From an uncultured virus (IMG/VR IMGVR_UViG_3300010352_001897) (Duplodnaviria; Heunggongvirae; Uroviricota; Caudoviricetes): a stretch of 64,000 nucleotides of DNA. Below, piece after piece: positions 1-7,270 of this stretch. The notes below the pieces were generated by a model that was not told the origin of the DNA, made no database searches, and saw only the letters and a list, made by a program, of their open reading frames with translations. The stretch lies in IMG/VR virus record IMGVR_UViG_3300010352_001897; one strand, written 5' to 3'. The position numbers and the translations under genes are program-made. Each line of letters begins with the position of its first letter. The first letter of the stretch is position 1.

Positions 1-1
1 A

Positions 2-1204
2 AGCACAACTAGCACAACTCCTGTGCAGGTAATCCCTTTCACCAGATACAACTATGTGACTGGCGGAAACAGACAGTTGAAGCTAAATGAAGTTACTAAG
101 AGCAACACCATTGTTATTGGTATGATTAATGAAGGCTTCACTTCTCCTTGGATCGGTCAGGTTCCATATGTTATTACCAGAGCACCTGCAAATGGTTCTG
201 TGATTTCGAGATATGTCACTTCTCCAGTATATCTACAGCTTTTGGGAGGCACTACTGTAACTGATACTTCTACTTTTGACTATGCTAAGGGCTGGTCATT
301 GTTTAAGGATATTAGTGCCGTCAACCTTAACCTCCTATGTGCCGCAGGTACTACTGTAGGTAATTTCGGAAACAGATATGAGGCATTTGAGACTATCAAT
401 ACTTCAGTAATCGTTTCCATGTTGGAAGTTTGTACTGCAAGAAAAGATTGTGTTGCAATCTTTGATCTACCTAAGAGACAGAACATCAGTGATTTGATTG
501 AATTGGTTGAACAGTATGTTCCAAGCATTGGACAGGAATCTGGTGGATCTAATGCTACCTTTGAAAGCTTCTGGGGTGGTATGTTTGACGGTCGTCAGAT
601 GATGTTTGATACCTTCAATAAGAAAGACGTTGAAGTAGCAATTACTGCATTTGTTGCCCAGAATTACACTAATGTATATTTGAAGAATTTCCCTTGGAGT
701 ATTGTTGCGGGTACTACTAGAGGTAGTATTGCTTACCCTTCAAATAGCACTAAGTATCCACGTAGCTACCCTGAGGAAGTTGGGGCATTGTCCAGTGCAA
801 GAATCAACTCTTGCAGAATGTTTGATGGTCAAATTCTTTGGAGTGAAGCAACTCTTCAGGCAAAGAATACTGCATTGAACAGAATGCACGTTGCTTCCTT
901 GCTAGCATACATTTACGGAAAACATCGTAAACAGTTGACTCCATTCATATTTGAACTTAATACCCCTGAGCTTAGGAAGACTGTAACCAACCTAGTCGAG
1001 AGCAACATGGATTACATTAAGTCCAATAAGGGTGTGTATGAATATGTTGTTATCTGTAATGATACTAACAATACTCCAGAGACAATTGACAACAATCAAC
1101 TGATCGTTGACTTGGCAATTGAACCAGCTAAGGGTGTTGAAGTCATCACTTTCAGAAGCACCATATATCGTACAAACGGAATCATTGAAGCAGGCTTACT
1201 ATAA
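2..1204 (+). CDS. gp18: Tail sheath protein, C-terminal part (5' end outside window)
   Basis: Sheath C-terminal motifs (RKDCVAIFD; ALNRMHVASL; FELNT; VICNDTNNTPETIDNNQLIVDLAIEPAKGVEVI); frame open from base 2; followed by tube genes. Confidence 0.93.
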   Translation, partial: STTSTTPVQVIPFTRYNYVTGGNRQLKLNEVTKSNTIVIGMINEGFTSPWIGQVPYVITRAPANGSVISRYVTSPVYLQLLGGTTVTDTSTFDYAKGWSLFKDISAVNLNLLCAAGTTVGNFGNRYEAFETINTSVIVSMLEVCTARKDCVAIFDLPKRQNISDLIELVEQYVPSIGQESGGSNATFESFWGGMFDGRQMMFDTFNKKDVEVAITAFVAQNYTNVYLKNFPWSIVAGTTRGSIAYPSNSTKYPRSYPEEVGALSSARINSCRMFDGQILWSEATLQAKNTALNRMHVASLLAYIYGKHRKQLTPFIFELNTPELRKTVTNLVESNMDYIKSNKGVYEYVVICNDTNNTPETIDNNQLIVDLAIEPAKGVEVITFRSTIYRTNGIIEAGLL

Positions 1205-1252
1205 GTGAGCCTTTTATTTGGTAAAAATAAATAAAAGAAAGGGAAGTTAAAA

Positions 1253-1924
1253 ATGGCATTAGACAAAAGAAATGGATACTTTGTAACGGCAATGTCCTCA
1301 CTTAGGGATCCTATACGCACCTCTCACTGGAGACTCCGTTTTAACGTACCTTTAATCAAGGCCGAAATCGGAGGGGATTTGATTCCTGACGTTAACACTG
1401 ATGATGATATTGCCGTAATGGTAAAGACTTCATCAGTGCCTAAGGTAATTATTAATTCTGTTGAATCTTGGTATATGGGTCAGAAGATTTATTTCCAGAC
1501 CAACACTGAATACGATAAGGAGAGTAACTTCAACATTCAGGAAACTGCAGATGTTAGAGGTTTCAGATTCCTAGGACAGTGGAGCGAACTAGCCCATAAC
1601 ACTGACCTATATCAGCTTGGATCACTAGGTACTTCGGTAATTAATCCAAATACTCAGAGAGGTGTTAACTTGGGCTCTGCTAAGTTCCCAGGAAATGCTG
1701 ATGGCGGTAGAAGTGTTGTTAGGAATAGTGGCTGGATGTTTCTTGAGCTATATGATTACACTACTGGTGAAACAATCCTTAGAGTTGAATACATTAACGT
1801 GTGGCCTTCTTCTTTGGGTGGTTTTGAGCTAGCGTATGAGAATCCTGATCTTGCCAAGTATACTGCAACATTTACTCACGATTACTATCGAATAATTCTT
1901 CCGAATAACGGAGTAATAGTCTAA
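1253..1924 (+). CDS. gp19: Tail tube protein (probably the main tube subunit)
   Basis: Directly after sheath; gp19-like pattern (DPIRTSHWRLRF...YINVWPSSLGGFELAY...FTHDY); TAAATA promoter at 1228-1233, purine-rich leader, own terminator. Confidence 0.85.
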   Translation: MALDKRNGYFVTAMSSLRDPIRTSHWRLRFNVPLIKAEIGGDLIPDVNTDDDIAVMVKTSSVPKVIINSVESWYMGQKIYFQTNTEYDKESNFNIQETADVRGFRFLGQWSELAHNTDLYQLGSLGTSVINPNTQRGVNLGSAKFPGNADGGRSVVRNSGWMFLELYDYTTGETILRVEYINVWPSSLGGFELAYENPDLAKYTATFTHDYYRIILPNNGVIV

Positions 1925-1925
1925 G

Positions 1926-1949
1926 AAAACCCCCGCAAGGGGGTTTTTT
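1926..1949 (+). terminator. Rho-independent terminator
   Basis: AAAACCCCC-GCAA-GGGGGTTTTTT. Confidence 0.9.
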
Positions 1950-1972
1950 ATTTCTAGCAATAAATATAATTA

Positions 1973-2722
1973 ATGCATCTAAACAAGAAAAATGGATATT
2001 TTGTTAGTTCACTTGAAAAAGTAGGTGACCCTATCAGGACTAACCTTTTTAAGGTCCATTTTGATTTCACTGAATTGCGTAGATATGAAGAAGCCCTAGG
2101 AACTAACTTTAATATTTTTGACAGTGAAACTCTTTCACTTATGATTAAGGATTATACTCCACCTGTGGTAGAGATGCATACTGACACTATCTATTATATG
2201 GGAGGTGCCAAAAAGGTACTACCTACTACTCAAGAAGTTGAAGACAGTATGACTCTCACTATTCAAGAAAATAGTAATTTAACTGGATATAAAAACATCA
2301 TGAGATGGATGCAATATTGTGTTAATAATTATTCATATTCTCCTGAAAAAATAGGAGAAGAGGTTTTGCTATTAGGTAGTAACAAGTACAACAATGCAAT
2401 CGGATATGGGGCTCCAATTTATAAGAATAAAGATGATCTCAATATTGCTAATTTTTTCATAAACACCCACACTATGTGTGTTGATATGTATGACTATACT
2501 AGTGGAGAAGCAATAATGCGAGTATCTTATGTTAATATCTTTCCAACTAAAATAACTCCTCCAAAATTAGAATATAATTCAGCAAATTTATATCAATTTC
2601 AGGCGGAATTTAAATATAGTAGATATGTATATACAATCCCAACAAACGTTGCCGATTTCGTATCTAAAAACAATTCAAGCTATTTGGCACAAGCCCCTGC
2701 CCAATGGGGGAATAGTAATTGA
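1973..2722 (+). CDS. Tail tube-like paralog 2
   Basis: Clear paralog of 1253..1924 (KNGYFVSSLEKVGDPIRTNLF vs RNGYFVTAMSSLRDPIRTSHW; YDYTSGEAIMRVSYVNIFP vs YDYTTGETILRVEYINVWP). Confidence 0.8.
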   Translation: MHLNKKNGYFVSSLEKVGDPIRTNLFKVHFDFTELRRYEEALGTNFNIFDSETLSLMIKDYTPPVVEMHTDTIYYMGGAKKVLPTTQEVEDSMTLTIQENSNLTGYKNIMRWMQYCVNNYSYSPEKIGEEVLLLGSNKYNNAIGYGAPIYKNKDDLNIANFFINTHTMCVDMYDYTSGEAIMRVSYVNIFPTKITPPKLEYNSANLYQFQAEFKYSRYVYTIPTNVADFVSKNNSSYLAQAPAQWGNSN

Positions 2723-2731
2723 AGGTTGGGG

Positions 2732-2739
2732 TATAAATA
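2732..2739 (+). promoter_or_regulatory. T4-type late promoter TATAAATA upstream of tnpB
   Basis: Exact T4 late consensus; TAAATATAATTAATG is identical to the sequence before the 1973 gene. Confidence 0.75.
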
Positions 2740-2745
2740 TAATTA

Positions 2746-4026
2746 ATGAAAATTAACGGTTATAAACTTGAATTAGCCCCGAATAAAATACAAGAAATGT
2801 CTTGTATTAAAAGTGCTGGAACTACACGCTTTGCATATAATTGGAAATTAAAACAACTAAATGAACAATATTTAACTACCAAACAAATTAATAAAATTAA
2901 GAATAAATTAGGATCTTCAATTGATTGGCATAAGGACTGGGTCCTTTTAAAAAAAGATCTTCCTTGGATTCGTGAAACATCCAAATGTTGCGGACAATTT
3001 GCATTAAGAAATCTCCAAACCGCTTTTCAGAAATTTTTTTCTAAAAAATCAGGATATCCTAGATTTAAAAAACGAGGAATAAATGACTCCTTTACTGTAA
3101 GTGGACAAGTTATAATAAATTCAAGGTTTATAAAACTTCCTATAATTGGTAAAATTAAACTTAAAGAAAAGAACTATCCAATTCTTGAAGGTAGACTTAA
3201 ACTAAATCAAGCCACAATATCAAGACATTCTGATCGATGGTATGTTTCATTTATTATAAAAGAAGAGATTGATTTACCAAATTTAAATAAAATTCAAAAC
3301 ATTGAAGAATGTGATATTCTAGGCATAGATTTAGGCATTAAAGAGTTAGCAATCACCAGTGAAGGTGAAACATTTGAAAATCCTAAAGCATACAAAAAAC
3401 ACCTCAAAAGATTAAAAAAGTACCAAAGGATGGTTTATCGTAAAGCTAAAGGAAGTAATAACAAGAAGAAAGCAATAACTAAATTGTCAAAGATTCACAA
3501 GAAAGTTGCGGACATCCGTAATGATACTGTGCATAAGCTGACTACATCTTTGGTGAAAGCCAAACCTAAGGTCATAGTTATTGAAACCCTAAAACCGAAG
3601 AATATGTCCAAGAATCATAAACTAGCTTCGGCTGTTTTAGATTCTAGCTTTGGTAAGATTAAGGATACTTTGAAATACAAGTGTAGTTGGGCAGGAATCC
3701 ATTTAATCAAGGCCCCAACCTTCTATGCTTCATCGAAATATTGTTCAATCTGTGGACATAAACACAATGAATTAAAACTATCAGACAGAGAATGGAATTG
3801 TGGTTTTTGTGGAACACATCTCGATAGAGATGTCAATGCCGCAAAGAATCTACAATTCTTAGGTCTTTGGATGATAGATAAACACTTGAGTGAAAGCTCA
3901 ACTAGCGTGAGTTCCACGCAAAGTTACGCTTGTGGAGATGAAAGGTTACAGTTCCTCATGGAACAGTGTTCGTCTATGAAACAAGAATTCAAATCTAAAT
4001 ATTTGTTAGAACGGAATAGTAACTAA
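2746..4026 (+). CDS. tnpB: RNA-guided endonuclease TnpB (IS607-like), catalytic residues intact, no adjacent transposase
   Basis: N-terminal HTH (AGTTRFAYNW), RuvC-I GIDLGIKELA, RuvC-II VIVIETL, Zn ribbon CSICG...CGFCG, RuvC-III DRDVNAAKNL. Confidence 0.95.
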   Translation: MKINGYKLELAPNKIQEMSCIKSAGTTRFAYNWKLKQLNEQYLTTKQINKIKNKLGSSIDWHKDWVLLKKDLPWIRETSKCCGQFALRNLQTAFQKFFSKKSGYPRFKKRGINDSFTVSGQVIINSRFIKLPIIGKIKLKEKNYPILEGRLKLNQATISRHSDRWYVSFIIKEEIDLPNLNKIQNIEECDILGIDLGIKELAITSEGETFENPKAYKKHLKRLKKYQRMVYRKAKGSNNKKKAITKLSKIHKKVADIRNDTVHKLTTSLVKAKPKVIVIETLKPKNMSKNHKLASAVLDSSFGKIKDTLKYKCSWAGIHLIKAPTFYASSKYCSICGHKHNELKLSDREWNCGFCGTHLDRDVNAAKNLQFLGLWMIDKHLSESSTSVSSTQSYACGDERLQFLMEQCSSMKQEFKSKYLLERNSN

Positions 4027-4030
4027 TGTC
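3880..4030 (+). ncRNA. omegaRNA copy 1 (scaffold to 4014, guide from 4015: AATAGTAACTAATGTC)
   Basis: Overlaps tnpB 3' end; similarity to copy 2 stops sharply after TTTGT(T/C)AGAACGG; hairpins 3886-3901 and 3905-3919 covary with copy 2; 5' boundary approximate. Confidence 0.8.
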
Positions 4031-4805
4031 ATATTCTTCATCTGATCTAATTAATACTGGTCGTTATTTTAAGGTGTCTTCTGGATATGTTCCTAACCAA
4101 TTCACTGTCACTATTATAAAAGACGGCGTAAGTGATCAGACGCAGGCGAGTGGCGGAAATCCCCTATATCTACTTAATCTAGAGCCATGGGTAATTGAGG
4201 ATGTGACTCTTCCTCAAGTTAGATTACATATGGCAAATGATATATACATGGACCCCGACACATTAATAAAACCGGACTACATTTTAAATGTAGAAACTAT
4301 GGGGAGATTAGAATTAACAATTAGAGAGAAGAGTGACCTAGCCATCCATCGTTCATTAATTAGGTGTCATAAAGAATTTTTTAACTCTGCATATGAGGGG
4401 ACGGGATCTCTTGGTACTGAATATAGTATTGAAGTCAGATTAAAGGCACAAAGATTTGATGACAATGCCGAAAATGGAGATATTATTCTTGGAGATAATG
4501 TATTCGTATATGGTCGAGCCATTCTTAGAGAAATAGGGAATCCAAAACATGCGTATGGTGAAAAGAATTTTCTACGATATAATGTAGTATTTGACGTTAA
4601 CTGCATGGCAGAGACTTTTCAATTAGACCCTACAATTAAGATGAAAGGGTTCTTAGAAAAGGATAAGAAAGAGAAGATCAGGAGTACAATAGGTAATAGA
4701 ATCATTACCAATAATCCACAACCTCCTCCTCCAACAACTGCAGAAAAAGTGGGTACAGGTGTGGTCAAAACATTAATAGGTGGACCTTTAGGACTTTTGT
4801 TCTAA
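4026..4805 (+). CDS. Tail tube-like / tube initiator (gp54-like) protein
   Basis: Tube-fold-like pattern (PNQFTVTI...IEDVTLP...LELTIRE...YNVVF); position in tail operon; TAATG overlap with tnpB stop. Confidence 0.55.
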   Translation: MSYSSSDLINTGRYFKVSSGYVPNQFTVTIIKDGVSDQTQASGGNPLYLLNLEPWVIEDVTLPQVRLHMANDIYMDPDTLIKPDYILNVETMGRLELTIREKSDLAIHRSLIRCHKEFFNSAYEGTGSLGTEYSIEVRLKAQRFDDNAENGDIILGDNVFVYGRAILREIGNPKHAYGEKNFLRYNVVFDVNCMAETFQLDPTIKMKGFLEKDKKEKIRSTIGNRIITNNPQPPPPTTAEKVGTGVVKTLIGGPLGLLF

Positions 4806-4840
4806 AAATTAGCTTTAGATTTTATATCTAAATATTGTAC

Positions 4841-5728
4841 ATGGGAATAACTGGTGGCGTTTTAGATGACAATATTGATCTTAGTAGGCTTAGAAATGCA
4901 GGACTAAGTGATGCTCAAATTTCTAATATTTTACAAGGTAGCCGAGAGACTATAAGTGTACGTCCTGAAGAAAAGGATCCTTATGTAGAAATTAAGGGAC
5001 TGCCCTCCGGAAGTAGATATTACAAAAATCAGATGGGAATTCCTGTTAAGTTAAAGGGAATGCCATTAAAAGTATCTGATGCCATCACTCTAGAAGCGAT
5101 GGACAATTCAGGTGATGAGTCACTACTTGATGACATATTTAAGGCTCGAATTAAGGGAGTTGACCCTGGACAGATACTTGTTGGGGATGAAACTTACATA
5201 AAGGCATGGCTTAGGGAGCAGACTTTCATTAAGACTCCGTTAGTTAGATCATTTGAATGTGATAAGTGTGGACATTTTAATGAGAGTCGAATAATCACCT
5301 CTAATGATTTCATTGTCTATTATTTGCCTGAGAATATTACTGACCCAATGACGTGCATCTTACCTATTTCACAAAAAGAAGTGAAGATTAGGTTCATGAG
5401 ACGCCACGATAGGGTTAGGATCGAGAATCATGTTAGAGAAAATGATTTTATGAGAAAGCTTACCATTGTTGACACTAAGATATATGAAATAGCGTCTGTA
5501 ATGTATGGAATGAGTATTACTGACGCAACTGAATACATAAAATCATTAAATCCAACTGATTTTGCAGTATTGAATACTTTCTTTCTAAAAATGAATTTCG
5601 GATTCACTGAAAAGGCATTCATCAAGTGCGAAAAGGAGGAGTGCGGTTATTCTTCAATCGTACCCATTCCCTTTCAACCAGGATATTTTCTTCCCAAAAT
5701 TGGACCTGACCTATCTAACCAGGATTAA
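4841..5728 (+). CDS. gp26: Baseplate hub assembly protein / tail assembly chaperone (gp26-like)
   Basis: LPSGSRYY, GDETYIKAWLR, CDKCG and CEKEECG Zn motifs, ILPISQKEVKIRF; ATG 4841 lies 6 nt after TAAATA. Confidence 0.75.
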   Translation: MGITGGVLDDNIDLSRLRNAGLSDAQISNILQGSRETISVRPEEKDPYVEIKGLPSGSRYYKNQMGIPVKLKGMPLKVSDAITLEAMDNSGDESLLDDIFKARIKGVDPGQILVGDETYIKAWLREQTFIKTPLVRSFECDKCGHFNESRIITSNDFIVYYLPENITDPMTCILPISQKEVKIRFMRRHDRVRIENHVRENDFMRKLTIVDTKIYEIASVMYGMSITDATEYIKSLNPTDFAVLNTFFLKMNFGFTEKAFIKCEKEECGYSSIVPIPFQPGYFLPKIGPDLSNQD

Positions 5729-5873
5729 GGCAATATTAGCTAAAGAGCTTAACACATCAGTTATTGATTTTAATAATATGTTCTTTTTTGAAGTGTATGA
5801 GTATATTAAGTATGTTGAGGAAGAAAGAGATAAGGAAAGAATGAAAATGTTACAGAAACAAGCTCAGGGGTAA
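5700..5873 (+). CDS. Small gp51-like protein (57 aa, absent from ORF track)
   Basis: LDLTYLTRIKAILAKELNTSVIDFNNMFFFEVYEYIKYVEEERDKER...; overlaps the gp26 end in the +1 frame; resembles the small gene that follows gp26 in T4-like phages. Confidence 0.6.
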   Translation: MDLTYLTRIKAILAKELNTSVIDFNNMFFFEVYEYIKYVEEERDKERMKMLQKQAQG

Positions 5874-6153
5874 GATTTAGATACCAAGTTGAATTTAAAC
5901 TCTTTAATATAATTGAAATCTTCAATCACCTTTTCAATTATTTTTGTAGTTGAAGGCAACCCTTCGTCAATGAAGTCATATTCCTCATCATATTTGCATC
6001 TGCCATTAAAGTAATATTTTAAGAATAGCATGTCAGATATGGTAGATTCGAACCAAGGGATTGTTGTACCATATCCTGCAATCCAATCTAATGAATTTCC
6101 TGTTGAGCTAATTATTGATTGTAGATTTGAAATATTTCCAATTAGACACGACC
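5864..6153 (-). pseudogene. C-terminal half of a split caspase-like (DUF6642-type) peptidase gene
   Basis: Begins (G)SCLIGN right after the omegaRNA end; continues DWIAGYGTTIPWFESTISDMLFL, resembling the GY...W.ES tail of DUF6642-type proteins. Confidence 0.65.
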
Positions 6154-6310
6154 GTTCTGACAAATCTATGCAAAACTATACAAGCCTGAATTTTGTGATT
6201 TGAATTCTTGCTTCATAGACAAACACTGTTCCGTGAGGAACTGTAACCTTTCATCTCCACAAGCGTAACTTTCCGTAGAACTTACGGTAGATTGGCTTTT
6301 GCCAATGTGT
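6136..6310 (-). ncRNA. Orphan omegaRNA copy 2 (scaffold ends 6152, guide from 6151 downward: TCGTGTCTAATTGGAA)
   Basis: Homologous to 3880-4014; perfect hairpins at 6291-6306 and 6273-6287; same AGAACGG terminus. Confidence 0.78.
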
Positions 6311-6477
6311 TTATCTATCATCCAGAGTCCGAGAAATTGCAAGTTATTCGCGGCATTCACATCCCTATCGAGAGGTGTTCCGCAAGAGCTACAAGTCCAT
6401 TCTCTATCTGACAGTTTTAAGTCATTGTGTTTATGTCCACAGATCGAGCAATACTTTGATGAAGCATAGAATGTAGG
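6166..6477 (-). pseudogene. tnpB: tnpB 3' remnant (Zn ribbon, RuvC-III and omegaRNA only)
   Basis: PTFYASSKYCSICGHKHNDLKLSDREWTCSSCGTPLDRDVNAANNL, close to the intact TnpB C-terminus. Confidence 0.92.
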
Positions 6478-6863
6478 AGGAATAATTTGAGTATGAATTA
6501 AATCATATGCATTATCAATTCTTTTAATGAAGTCATCTACATTATCTGAACCATATAAATCACTTTCATCTCCAGCTAATCCTAGAAGATCTAATATTAC
6601 TTTAGTATTTCTATCGGCAAAATTTACAGAAGGATTTTTGTGAGCATTTTTTCATCATATTCAGTATGGGCATTATACCATAATTCTTCTAATCTATTAG
6701 CTTCATCTCTATCAAAACCTTTTGTGCTAATATATTTCATATATGTATCATACATATCATTAATTCTAGATAATTCGTCACTATCATCTTCTACATTAAA
6801 TGAAAAGGTAGTACTTTCCAATATAACTGATTCGTAAATATGTCCTTTATATATAATTTTCCT
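6478..6863 (-). pseudogene. Decayed cargo gene with KIIYKGHIYE N-terminus, fused in frame to the tnpB remnant
   Basis: Start codon position reads AGG (6863-6861) behind an AAGGA SD; frameshift in the A6 run near 6647-6652; downstream frame runs without a stop into the tnpB remnant. Confidence 0.6.
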
Positions 6864-7265
6864 GTTATTCCTTTTAATATCTATGGAATATGTTTAAAAA
6901 AATAATGTATATCTTGGTCTTCATTATATACATAAAATATGGAGGCTTGGCTTGGCGTATATGTAACTTTATGGGGCACCCAATTAATTGTTTCAATACC
7001 TTCGCTTATGTAAAAATATTTCAATACCCCTTTTAACATTTTCTTTGGATAACTATTATGATCGATATATTTTTCAAACTCTTCTTTTGAAATTTCAGTT
7101 GAATCATGTAGATCATTTTCATCAGGATCATATACTTTTTGAGCCATTTCTGTAGCATCTCCAAATATTTTACATATTGGAGCATTACTGTTAGAATTAC
7201 CGACACTCACACAATTGCCAATATATTTAGATGCCTCGTAAATATGTCCTTTATATATAATTTTC
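6832..7265. repeat. Exact 30-bp direct repeat (6832-6861 and 7236-7265) encoding KIIYKGHIYE on the minus strand
   Basis: TCGTAAATATGTCCTTTATATATAATTTTC occurs twice. Confidence 0.95.
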
Positions 7266-7267
7266 AT
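6881..7267 (-). CDS. Hypothetical protein with MKIIYKGHIYE N-terminus
   Basis: 128-aa ORF with AAGGA SD, immediately downstream of the ART gene. Confidence 0.8.
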   Translation of the reverse strand: MKIIYKGHIYEASKYIGNCVSVGNSNSNAPICKIFGDATEMAQKVYDPDENDLHDSTEISKEEFEKYIDHNSYPKKMLKGVLKYFYISEGIETINWVPHKVTYTPSQASIFYVYNEDQDIHYFFKHIP

Positions 7268-7270
7268 TAA

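Noticed and set aside
6136..6151. Second target for guide 2 elsewhere in the window
   Set aside because: No other match to TCGTGTCTAATTGG noticed by eye; a computed search of the whole genome and host is still needed
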